The notes under the pieces: generated by a model
The model's input: only the letters and a program-made list of their open reading frames with translations
Told to the model about the DNA's origin: nothing
Databases searched by the model: none
IMG/VR virus record: IMGVR_UViG_3300002835_000132
Reading direction: 5' to 3' (one strand)
From: an uncultured virus (IMG/VR IMGVR_UViG_3300002835_000132)
Lineage: Duplodnaviria; Heunggongvirae; Uroviricota; Caudoviricetes
DNA: 64,000 nt
Part shown: piece by piece, positions 9,482 through 18,506 of the stretch
Numbering within the stretch: the first letter of the stretch is position 1
Layout: the number at the start of each line of letters is the position of its first letter
Made by a program: the position numbers and the translations under genes

Positions 9482-9512
9482 AACCCGATATGAAAGTGTC
9501 GGGTTTTTTATT
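9482..9512 (+). terminator. Intrinsic terminator
   Basis: aacccgatat-gaaa-gtgtcgggtt hairpin followed by T tract. Confidence 0.8.
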
Positions 9513-9616
9513 GGTCTGTAGTTTGACTAAGAGTTTTATTTTTTTATATTTATATACAATGAGTAAGGTGAACTTCACAATGTTGTGATTGCCAATAAAC
9601 CACTCGTAATTTATAT

Positions 9617-12412
9617 ATGTTTACAGACCAAGATATTGAATCGTTCCTACACGGAAACGACCCCGAAGAATTTATAGTCGCTATCGAATACGACTATCGC
9701 GAGAACTGCATTTACAAAATCAAAGAAATCCCTGGTAAAGGAAAGGAAATCCGAAAAGATACATTCACACCATTTGCATGGGTGGGTGATTTACGTCAGA
9801 TTAACTTTTACAACGGTTCCAAAGACGCTCAGAGAGATGCCATGACCAAACATGGTATCATGATTGAAAAGTTAGAAACCCACGGTAATGACAGATTACA
9901 AAGAGGTATGACTTTCATGGTTAAATCACTAAAAGGTTACAGAGAACTTATCCAATTCTTTAGAGAAGGTGGATGTGACCCATGGGGAGATAAGACCAAA
10001 GACAAAGTAATGATTCTACCTCCCGTAGAACAATATTTAATTTCAAAAGAAAAAAGACTATTCAAAGGTTTCGAGAACTATGAAGAAGTGACCCGAATGG
10101 TATATGACTTAGAGACGACCGCTCTTGAACCTCAACACGGTCGTATCTTCATGATTGGAATTAAAACCAATAAAGGTTACCACAGAGTAATCGAATGTAT
10201 GGATGAATCTGAAGAGAGAAATGCCATCATAGAATTCTTCAAGGTAATCAACGAACTTAAACCAAGTATTATTGGTGGTTACAACTCAGCGAACTTCGAC
10301 TGGCATTGGATATTCGAAAGATGTAGAATCTTAGGTATCGACCCAAAGAAGATTTGTAAGTCATTACACCCCGACCATTCGTTCACAAGAAAAGATAGTA
10401 TGTTGAAACTTGCTAATGAGGTTGAGAACTTTACTCAAACTTCTATTTGGGGTTACAACGTAATTGATATTATCCATGCTGTTCGTAGAGCACAGGCGAT
10501 TAACTCAAGTATTAAAGCTGCGGGTTTGAAGTATATCACCCAATTCATTAATGCGGAGGCCCCTGACCGTGTGTACATTGACCATACAGATATTGGTCCA
10601 TTCTACGCTAAGAAGGAAGACTTTTGGTTAAACATTCAAAACGGTAAGTACAAGAAAGTTGGTGTTGATTCTAAGATTGACGCAGCTTGTTCTAAACGTA
10701 CTGACGTATATGTTACAATCACAGGTGATAAGTTAGTTGAGATGTATCTTGACGATGACTTAGATGAAACCCTTAAGGTGGACCAAGAGTTCAACCAAGG
10801 TTCGTTCTTGTTGGCTGCGATGATTCCAACAACATACGAAAGGGTTTCAACCATGGGTACTGCAACATTATGGAAAATGTTAATGTTAGCTTGGTCTTAC
10901 AAACACGGACTTGCAATCCCCGCCAAAGAATCCAAGACAGACTTCGTAGGAGGTCTTTCTCGACTACTTAAGGTTGGTTATAGTAAGAATGTACTTAAAC
11001 TCGACTTCTCGTCTCTATACCCTTCTATTCAGCTGGTACACGATGTGTTCCCCGACTGTGATGTGACAGGTGCAATGAAAGGTATGTTGAGTTACTTCCG
11101 TAACACCCGTATCAAATACAAACAACTTGCAGAGGAATTCTATGCAACTGACCGTAAGAAATCTGAATCATATGGTAACAAACAGTTACCGATTAAGATT
11201 TTCATTAACTCGATGTTCGGTGCATTATCCGCTCCTCAGGTTTATGCTTGGGGTGATATGTACATGGGTGAACAGATTACTTGTACAGGTAGACAATACC
11301 TTCGTCAGATGATTAAGTTCTTCATGACTAAAGGATATGTTCCATTGGTAATGGATACGGACGGTGTGAACTTTTCAACTCCTGATGAGGCGAATGATAG
11401 AGTTTATGTTGGTCGTGGATTGAATTGGAAAGTTAAAGAGGGTAAAGAATATTACGGACCTGAAGCTGATGTTGCGGAGTACAACGATATCTTCATGAGA
11501 GGTGAGATGGCACTTGATACCGATGGGGTATGGCCGTCAACTATTAACTTAGCTCGTAAGAACTATGCGGTTATGGACGCCAAGGGTAAGATTAAACTAA
11601 CAGGTAATAGTATTAAATCTAAGAAACTTCCATTGTATATTGAGGCGTTTTTGGATAAAGGTATTAAGATGTTGTTACAAGGTGATGGTAAAGCATTCGT
11701 GGAGTATTACTACGAGTATCTTCAAACCATTTATGATAAGAAGATTCCACTTAGTAAGATTGCACAAAGAGCTAAAGTTAAATTAAGTCTTGATGATTAT
11801 AACAAGAGACTAACCACTAAGACCAAAGCTGGTAACAGTATGAGTAGAATGGCTCACATGGAGTTGGCATTACAGAATAACTTGAATGTGAACTTGGGTG
11901 ATGTGATTATGTATGTTAATAACGGTACCAAGGCGTCTCAAGGTGATGTTCAGAAGATGACTGTGAAACAGATTAAAGATACAAACGCGTACAACGCACT
12001 TATGAACCCTAAGACAAAACCTATTACCGATGGGGTTATGGTAAACTGTTATATGTTAGACAAGGACATCTTAGATAACGACCCCGACTTAACAGGTGAC
12101 TATAATGTACCAAGAGCTATTACAACATTCAATAAGAGAATTGAACCTTTAATGGTTGTCTTTAAGGATGAAGTTAGAAATAGTTTAATTGTTAACGACC
12201 CTGCGGATAGAGGAATATTCACAACAACTCAATGTGAACTAATCAATGGACACCCGTTAGACGAGGGTTCTCAAGATAGTTTAGAAGAGGTTATGACGTT
12301 ATCAGACGGTGAATTATCTTATTGGGAAAAAAGAGGTCTTGATTCCAATTACATGTATGAGTTAGCCGAAGAAGGTTGGGAAAAAAAATTAGGATTGCTT
12401 CAGACCGTCTGA
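9617..12412 (+). CDS. polB: Family B DNA polymerase with 3'-5' exonuclease
   Basis: ExoI DLETT, ExoII GYNSANFD, motif A DFSSLYPS, motif B KIFINSMFG, motif C DTDG. Confidence 0.95.
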   Translation: MFTDQDIESFLHGNDPEEFIVAIEYDYRENCIYKIKEIPGKGKEIRKDTFTPFAWVGDLRQINFYNGSKDAQRDAMTKHGIMIEKLETHGNDRLQRGMTFMVKSLKGYRELIQFFREGGCDPWGDKTKDKVMILPPVEQYLISKEKRLFKGFENYEEVTRMVYDLETTALEPQHGRIFMIGIKTNKGYHRVIECMDESEERNAIIEFFKVINELKPSIIGGYNSANFDWHWIFERCRILGIDPKKICKSLHPDHSFTRKDSMLKLANEVENFTQTSIWGYNVIDIIHAVRRAQAINSSIKAAGLKYITQFINAEAPDRVYIDHTDIGPFYAKKEDFWLNIQNGKYKKVGVDSKIDAACSKRTDVYVTITGDKLVEMYLDDDLDETLKVDQEFNQGSFLLAAMIPTTYERVSTMGTATLWKMLMLAWSYKHGLAIPAKESKTDFVGGLSRLLKVGYSKNVLKLDFSSLYPSIQLVHDVFPDCDVTGAMKGMLSYFRNTRIKYKQLAEEFYATDRKKSESYGNKQLPIKIFINSMFGALSAPQVYAWGDMYMGEQITCTGRQYLRQMIKFFMTKGYVPLVMDTDGVNFSTPDEANDRVYVGRGLNWKVKEGKEYYGPEADVAEYNDIFMRGEMALDTDGVWPSTINLARKNYAVMDAKGKIKLTGNSIKSKKLPLYIEAFLDKGIKMLLQGDGKAFVEYYYEYLQTIYDKKIPLSKIAQRAKVKLSLDDYNKRLTTKTKAGNSMSRMAHMELALQNNLNVNLGDVIMYVNNGTKASQGDVQKMTVKQIKDTNAYNALMNPKTKPITDGVMVNCYMLDKDILDNDPDLTGDYNVPRAITTFNKRIEPLMVVFKDEVRNSLIVNDPADRGIFTTTQCELINGHPLDEGSQDSLEEVMTLSDGELSYWEKRGLDSNYMYELAEEGWEKKLGLLQTV

Positions 12413-12724
12413 AGATAGGATATACCAATTACCACCAATAAATCTGAATTCAATACAAGCATACTTATCAGCGACTATTTCATCGTAGTCTTCATCGATT
12501 TTACCGATGTCTGGTTTGATTGTAAGTCTTGTCATTGATTTTACAACAACGTGGTCCGTAGTGATAGAATCTAAAGTTATTGTTGATTCGCTAACTCCTC
12601 TCACTACAACACAAGATTCTCCTGTTGTACGATATTCTGTTTCTGAAACTACTGAAAGTTCAGATGTTTCGATAACTAACCCACTAATTATTTTTCTTGA
12701 GGGTATTGTTTTTACTATTGCCAT
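12389..12724 (-). CDS. Small beta-rich hypothetical protein, probably structural
   Basis: Directly follows the neck gene on the minus strand and ends in FRFIGGNWYI; 24-nt convergent overlap with polB. Confidence 0.6.
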   Translation of the reverse strand: MAIVKTIPSRKIISGLVIETSELSVVSETEYRTTGESCVVVRGVSESTITLDSITTDHVVVKSMTRLTIKPDIGKIDEDYDEIVADKYACIEFRFIGGNWYILSSDGLKQS

Positions 12725-12728
12725 AAAA

Positions 12729-13850
12729 TTAGATTACATATATTTGACGAGGCATCGCTCTGAACTTCATTTGTTTATTTAAATTCTCCGCAATCAACGC
12801 TTCTCTTTCCATAACTTTTTCAGGTCTCATTCTTGTTAACCATCCTTCAGCTCCAGTAAGTTCTTCTATTAGTTTAGTTTTTTCGTCTTTAGCCTCGGTT
12901 AATAAACTCTGATAATCCATTGTAATTTCACTATCAGGTGTCTTAAGATTACCACTGTATTTACCTCTAACTCTTGCTAAAGTTTCTTTACAATATGCGG
13001 TAAACCATCTTCTAACCCACTGTTGACCAGGAACATTAATATCTGTCCAAGTTAATTCCTCGATAGGAACATCTGTAGGTAGTTTAATAACGTCAGGGTT
13101 ATTTTTTAAGCAATCGGCTCTACTATCAGGTTCAACATCATAATACCAATACCATACGGCTTTACCAACGTATTGACCATAACTTGACCAATTGAATCTA
13201 CCACCTGGTGTATTGTATAAGTGAATCATTTTTTTACCATCAGGTAAACCTGTGATTCTATAAGTTAAAGAACCCCCTAAAATTCTATTAAGGATATTCG
13301 ATTCTTGAGCTCTGATTAAATAATCAAATCCTGACATCATAAAGTAAGAACCTTGATTACCCATTTGAGCGAATCCCGCTTCACTGGCTCCAAGACCAAC
13401 TCCACCGAAAGGACCTGCAATTCCACCTAATCCAAGATTATATGGACGGTCACTAAACCATAATAGTTCGTTAACCTCTCTGCCCGCAGGAATTTCATAT
13501 GTTTGGACATTCTTCTCAAGAATAAAATAATCTTTCTTCAAAACCCAAGGACCTTCAGTTTGAAGACCAACAATTTTAGAATACGAATAACTAAACTGTT
13601 GTTCAAAATCCATTGTTCTTGTAACCAAAGCTCTTGCAACAGACCTTTCGTTCATATTTAAGTTGACAAGGTTAACCCATTGTGAATCAATTAACCATTG
13701 TAGGATATACTCTTCGTAATCCCCAATCGCCAATTCCATTAATGAGTCCATCATTTCATCTTCAAGTTCAACACTTCTTAGTGGTGCACCTAATTGATGT
13801 TTGATTCTCGTATATATTCTACTTCTTTCTGGTTCAGGTATTGCTGGCAT
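12729..13850 (-). CDS. Neck/head-tail adaptor protein (T4 gp13-like)
   Basis: N-terminal IKHQLGAPLRSVELEDE and C-terminal LARVRGKY...MDYQSL pattern. Confidence 0.75.
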   Translation of the reverse strand: MPAIPEPERSRIYTRIKHQLGAPLRSVELEDEMMDSLMELAIGDYEEYILQWLIDSQWVNLVNLNMNERSVARALVTRTMDFEQQFSYSYSKIVGLQTEGPWVLKKDYFILEKNVQTYEIPAGREVNELLWFSDRPYNLGLGGIAGPFGGVGLGASEAGFAQMGNQGSYFMMSGFDYLIRAQESNILNRILGGSLTYRITGLPDGKKMIHLYNTPGGRFNWSSYGQYVGKAVWYWYYDVEPDSRADCLKNNPDVIKLPTDVPIEELTWTDINVPGQQWVRRWFTAYCKETLARVRGKYSGNLKTPDSEITMDYQSLLTEAKDEKTKLIEELTGAEGWLTRMRPEKVMEREALIAENLNKQMKFRAMPRQIYVI

Positions 13851-13867
13851 GTCTATAAATATCTTGA

Positions 13868-15406
13868 TTATTCTATTTCGTGAATCAATGAATTCTCATT
13901 AAACACATATTGGTTATGATTCTTAATCGGTTTGTTTTCAAAAATCAAAACTTTATTCGATTTTGTATTTATAAATATCATCCAATCCACATCATAAGGT
14001 TTAACATTACCAGTATCTTTAACGGTAATCTTTCCGTTTACATTGCTCGTCGTTGAAAACTGTTTAATCTGAGCTGTGTATTCTTTACCTTCTAAAGTTA
14101 TTTTCAAATCAACCCCTTCGATAGCATCTTCTTTCTGACCATGCCCACCAATTTTTTCTAAAGTTGCTGAGTCACCAAAATACTTTTCAATTTTAACAAA
14201 CACATCGTTTTCAGATTTTTGACCTCGGTCCCAAAGTTTCTTAAGGACTTTAATTATGTTAATAAAATCTTGGTTGTTTCTTGTGAATATTTTAGATTTA
14301 AAGTGGTCGATGGCTTTAAGTAATCGACTTATCTCTTTTATAGTTCTGTTTTCTTTTTTTGAAAAATCAAATTTCTTTTCAGACTTACCAATATTTTCAA
14401 TTTGATTATTAACCGATTTGGTTAATAAACAGAATGAGTTGAAGTTTGTGTTAAGGTTATTCAATATTGACCTTCCTTCTTTTGATTCAACACCGTAGAA
14501 TCCCGACATTTCTTTATTGGTACTGTCTACCCAAAATTGACTGAACACTTCTTTTAAAATGTCAGTTACTCCGTCTTGATAAAGTTTTTTAATTTTTGGA
14601 TTGTTGATAAGTTCTCTGTAGAATTGAACTTCTTTAGCGTCACAGAATTGAGCCTCTTTGGATTCAGTTAAAAGTTTTTCGAGTTTTATAGATTCCAATA
14701 ATTTGGTTTCCGTTCTCATCTCGTATAGTTTTGATACGAATTCCCAGTTAACGACTTTCCAAAAGTTTGTAATGTACTCGTCTCTTTTGTTTCTATACTT
14801 AAGGTAGTAAGCGTGTTCCCAAAGGTCTAAACCTAAAATTGGAAACCCACCGCCTTCAATAACATTCATTAAAGGATTATCTTGATTTGGTGTCGACATA
14901 ATCTTTAATGTGTTCTTGGCTGTAAGTACTAACCATACCCAACCTGAACCGAATCTTTCTTTGGCAACAGTATCGAATTGTTTCTTGAAGGCGGTGAAAC
15001 TTCCAAATTGTTTCGTAATCTTTTCGTATAAAGGGCCCTCTAATTTTTTAGGTTTTGGGGTCAACATGTTCCAAAACAATGCGTGGTTAAATGCTCCACC
15101 TGCGTTATTTCTTATTGTTTTATCAAAACGACTTATTGTTTTGATTATTTGTTCTAACTCAACATCCCCGTATTTTTTCTTTGACAACGCGTCGTTTAGT
15201 TTGTCGACGTACCCTTTGTAATGTTTGTTGTAGTGAAAGTCCATTGTTTCGGGGTCAATAAACTGTTTCAGGGCTGAGTAAGAATAAGGTAATTTTTCTA
15301 TACCTATTTTCTTCATTTCTGTAATCAATAACTCTTTCTCTTTGTTTACGTGGTTTTCAAGTATCTGTGTTTCGAGTTGTTGAATTTGTTTTTCTATTTT
15401 TTTCAT
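13868..15406 (-). CDS. sodA: Mn/Fe superoxide dismutase fused to a C-terminal PD-(D/E)xK-like domain
   Basis: LPYSYSAL, HYNKHY, NNAGGAFNH, FGSGW, NQDNP and DLWEHAYY in about aa 35-229; the C-terminus carries E...D..EGVD...QIK. Confidence 0.85.
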   Translation of the reverse strand: MKKIEKQIQQLETQILENHVNKEKELLITEMKKIGIEKLPYSYSALKQFIDPETMDFHYNKHYKGYVDKLNDALSKKKYGDVELEQIIKTISRFDKTIRNNAGGAFNHALFWNMLTPKPKKLEGPLYEKITKQFGSFTAFKKQFDTVAKERFGSGWVWLVLTAKNTLKIMSTPNQDNPLMNVIEGGGFPILGLDLWEHAYYLKYRNKRDEYITNFWKVVNWEFVSKLYEMRTETKLLESIKLEKLLTESKEAQFCDAKEVQFYRELINNPKIKKLYQDGVTDILKEVFSQFWVDSTNKEMSGFYGVESKEGRSILNNLNTNFNSFCLLTKSVNNQIENIGKSEKKFDFSKKENRTIKEISRLLKAIDHFKSKIFTRNNQDFINIIKVLKKLWDRGQKSENDVFVKIEKYFGDSATLEKIGGHGQKEDAIEGVDLKITLEGKEYTAQIKQFSTTSNVNGKITVKDTGNVKPYDVDWMIFINTKSNKVLIFENKPIKNHNQYVFNENSLIHEIE

Positions 15407-15448
15407 ATTTTTGGATTATCCATTTCTTATAAATAATCCACATTTCAT

Positions 15449-17200
15449 TTAACGACGCATTTCCTGAATTCTCTTTAAAATTTCTTCAGCCGCATCGGCA
15501 GTGTTTTGATTGTCCCCCATTACTGTGGCAATCACTTGTTTCTTGTTATTTAATATGTCGTAGATAATTCCTTCGATTGTGTTCTCGAATATGGGGTAAT
15601 AAACTAATACATTGTTTTTTTGACCATATCTGTAAGCTCGGTCTTCTGCTTGGGCGTGGTCTGATGGTAAGAATGATAGGTCGTTCATAATAACCGCTTC
15701 AGCCGCAGTTAGTGTTATACCAACACCCGCAGCTTTAATGTTACCAACAAATACTTTTATCTTATCGTTTTCTTGAAAGGAATCCACACTATGTTGTCTC
15801 TCAGGTTTGGACATTGACCCATCCACTTTAACTGCCGCTTTACCAAAGTGTTCACATATTTTATTAAGTGAGTCGGTGAAGTTACAGAATATGATTACCT
15901 TCTTACCTTGTTCTACAATGTTCTCGGCAAGTTCTATTGTCTGTGAAATTTTTTCATCGGCAATAACTTGACGTATCTTTGTTAATTTGGTGAATTGAAC
16001 TGTAAGTGATTTTGACTCCTCGGGGTTCTTATCGTACCAATCGTAATACTCACCCATAATTTCTTCATACATCTTAGATTTCAATCTAAGATATACTGGT
16101 GTAATAATCTTATCAGGTAAGTCAAGTACGTTCTCTTTAAGTCGTCTTAGAGTAAGTCCTGAAGTTCGGTCTCTTAATTCTTCAAGATTTGATGCTCCCA
16201 TAACATTCCACACTTTTCTACCACCAACGTTGAATTGGTATCCTTGACAGTATCTGATGGCATAAGCCATCCAGTTCTTGGCAACAGGAGATTCAATTAA
16301 ACTTAATAGGTTGAAATAATCGATAGGTCGAGAGGTCATCGGAGTACCTGTTAATAACCAAAGTCGGTCCACCTTTTTAACAAGGTCGTTAATTAGTTTT
16401 GTTCTTTGGGCTGTAGCATTTTTGATATAGTGTGCCTCGTCAACGACCACCAAATCAAAATTGGCATCAAGAATCTGTGACTCACCTTTCTTTTTTGTAT
16501 CATGAAAATTTTTAATAATGTCGTAGTTTATAATAACAAAGTCCGCATCCGTACTGAAGTTCTTACCTTCAGCGATATAAACTGTTTTGTCTGAATAATT
16601 TTCAATCTCTCTTTTCCAGTTAATTTTTAAAGTTGCTGGACAAATGATTAATACTTTCTTAGAACCTGATTCTAATGCCGCTATAATCGTTGAGGTTGTT
16701 TTTCCAAGACCCATATCATCGGCAAGGATAAACTTCCTATTTTCAACTAACTTTTGAACGGCTTCTTTTTGATGTTCAAGTGGAGGACGGTGAGAATATT
16801 TGTCATAATTAATAACAACATCCTTTACGGTATTGTCTTTAATGATTGCCGCTTTTGGTAACCAAAAATCATGTAGTTGTTCTGACTCGGATACTTTACC
16901 CCAAATATGAAACGCTTTTTCTTTGTCTGCGAGTAATTTTTCAACCCACACCTTTTCAGGTATTTCGGTCATAAGTTTATCGTCAGCAAGTTTCTGCGCG
17001 AAATATACGTCAAGTATTACCCACTTCTTTGCAACCTTAGGTTGTTTGTCGTGGTTATTAATAATGTATTCTGCCTGACTCCTTGTGGGGTAAAACCTTC
17101 TATTTACTTGAGACTTTCTTTTCAGTTCAATAAGATAGTTGTTTCCTCCTTCGTATCCCTCTAATAGGGTCATGGCTTTTGATTCTAAACTTGCATCCAT
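15449..17200 (-). CDS. SNF2-family helicase (SMARCAL1/HARP-like)
   Basis: LADDMGLGKT, DEAH, LTGTP, SRP and QAEDRAYRYGQ motifs. Confidence 0.9.
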   Translation of the reverse strand: MDASLESKAMTLLEGYEGGNNYLIELKRKSQVNRRFYPTRSQAEYIINNHDKQPKVAKKWVILDVYFAQKLADDKLMTEIPEKVWVEKLLADKEKAFHIWGKVSESEQLHDFWLPKAAIIKDNTVKDVVINYDKYSHRPPLEHQKEAVQKLVENRKFILADDMGLGKTTSTIIAALESGSKKVLIICPATLKINWKREIENYSDKTVYIAEGKNFSTDADFVIINYDIIKNFHDTKKKGESQILDANFDLVVVDEAHYIKNATAQRTKLINDLVKKVDRLWLLTGTPMTSRPIDYFNLLSLIESPVAKNWMAYAIRYCQGYQFNVGGRKVWNVMGASNLEELRDRTSGLTLRRLKENVLDLPDKIITPVYLRLKSKMYEEIMGEYYDWYDKNPEESKSLTVQFTKLTKIRQVIADEKISQTIELAENIVEQGKKVIIFCNFTDSLNKICEHFGKAAVKVDGSMSKPERQHSVDSFQENDKIKVFVGNIKAAGVGITLTAAEAVIMNDLSFLPSDHAQAEDRAYRYGQKNNVLVYYPIFENTIEGIIYDILNNKKQVIATVMGDNQNTADAAEEILKRIQEMRR

Positions 17201-17220
17201 CTATAGGAAAAATATTTGAT

Positions 17221-17252
17221 TTAAATATAGTTAATGTTTGAGTATTTATCAA
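17221..17252. promoter_or_regulatory. Overlapping divergent promoters
   Basis: Minus strand reads TTGATA-N17-TATATTTAA toward the helicase; plus strand has TATTTAT (17243-17249) toward the ATG at 17256. Confidence 0.5.
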
Positions 17253-17255
17253 TAT

Positions 17256-17579
17256 ATGAAAATGTCACAGGAGCAAATAGAGAGAGCTATTAATAAAATG
17301 ATTAATGTCATTAAACTAAATGATGTCTTAAGTGTTGATATTAAGGTATACCATTTAGATTTAGGTGTTAAATACGATTACTATTTAAACATTACATATG
17401 TTGTTCCCGATGATAGTGAGTTTTTACGAAGTTCAAATATGAGATATTCTGATTACAATAAAATGACATGGAATAAAGAAATTCTCGATAATCTTAAAAA
17501 TTATATGGGGATTGACACTTTAATTAATAGTTCTGTTGTTATGTCTGAATCAAATTATCAAAAAATGAAAGATAAATAA
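17256..17579 (+). CDS. Hypothetical protein
   Basis: ORF; start moved to the first ATG after the TATTTAT motif. Confidence 0.6.
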   Translation: MKMSQEQIERAINKMINVIKLNDVLSVDIKVYHLDLGVKYDYYLNITYVVPDDSEFLRSSNMRYSDYNKMTWNKEILDNLKNYMGIDTLINSSVVMSESNYQKMKDK

Positions 17580-17580
17580 G

Positions 17581-18093
17581 ATGCAAAAGTTAGTACCAAT
17601 TACAAGATTAGGTAAGTTCTTTGGAGCCGAAGATTACTCTCTCGACATCGGGATGGGTGAGGAGTGGTTATTAGGTGATATGAACTTCACCATAGTATTG
17701 TATCGTATTGATAGATATAAAACCAAAACTGATGATGTTTACGGTGAGGTAACTGAAGACGGTATCCAATTTATGGCCCCTGTTGAATTACAAGGTTTAG
17801 TTCAGGTCATGGCACCTGCACATAAATCATTAGGTAATTCAAAAATTGAACAACAAGAGCCAGGTAACATGAAATTCTCTATTTACCAAAAGACCCTTGA
17901 TGATATGGGTGTTGAAATATTCCAAGGAGATTATATTGGATATTATGAAACGGAGGACAGAGTAAGATATTATGTGGTGTCTGATGACGGATTTGTTAAG
18001 TCAGATAATAAACACACTTATGGTGGATACAAACCTTTCTATAGAAGTGTTATCGCAACATACGTAAGTGAAAACGAATTTAGAGGAATATAA
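17581..18093 (+). CDS. Putative head-closure/neck protein (T4 gp14-like)
   Basis: DDVYGE and GDYIGY motifs; position upstream of the tail-completion and sheath genes. Confidence 0.55.
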   Translation: MQKLVPITRLGKFFGAEDYSLDIGMGEEWLLGDMNFTIVLYRIDRYKTKTDDVYGEVTEDGIQFMAPVELQGLVQVMAPAHKSLGNSKIEQQEPGNMKFSIYQKTLDDMGVEIFQGDYIGYYETEDRVRYYVVSDDGFVKSDNKHTYGGYKPFYRSVIATYVSENEFRGI

Positions 18094-18506
18094 TGAAAGT
18101 AATTATAACGGGGTCTCAGTTTGATTCTATCTTTATTGGTAAGAAAGTTATGGTGTATTATAATTTACATAAACATACCTTCTCAGTTACATATGACAGT
18201 AAAGTAATATTACACGCCGACTATGTTAAATTAGGTGATGTTGAGTTCAGAGTTAGAAAAGGTGGGAACGAAAGAGTTCGACAACAAAAGAGTAAGAACG
18301 TACACGCCTTTGTTATTGGGAGATTATTAGACTATTGTGAATACCCTTGTGACGATATACCATCACCATCATCCGATAAGATTGTAACCTATAATCCGTA
18401 CAAACACAATTCGTTTATATATAAAGACAGTGAAGAACCTGTATATAACGCCAAAGAGGTTGATATGATAAATTCACAAAATAAACTATTTGTAGTTAAA
18501 GAATAA
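18093..18506 (+). CDS. Conserved phage hypothetical protein
   Basis: VYYNLHK...FSV and RVRQQKSKNVHAFVIG motifs, which I recognise from other phages; function unknown. Confidence 0.6.
   Translation: MKVIITGSQFDSIFIGKKVMVYYNLHKHTFSVTYDSKVILHADYVKLGDVEFRVRKGGNERVRQQKSKNVHAFVIGRLLDYCEYPCDDIPSPSSDKIVTYNPYKHNSFIYKDSEEPVYNAKEVDMINSQNKLFVVKE

Noticed and set aside
9617..12412. Intein or intron in polB, nrdA or the helicases
   Set aside because: The ORFs are continuous and near normal length, with no splice-junction or LAGLIDADG motifs; only short insertions are seen.
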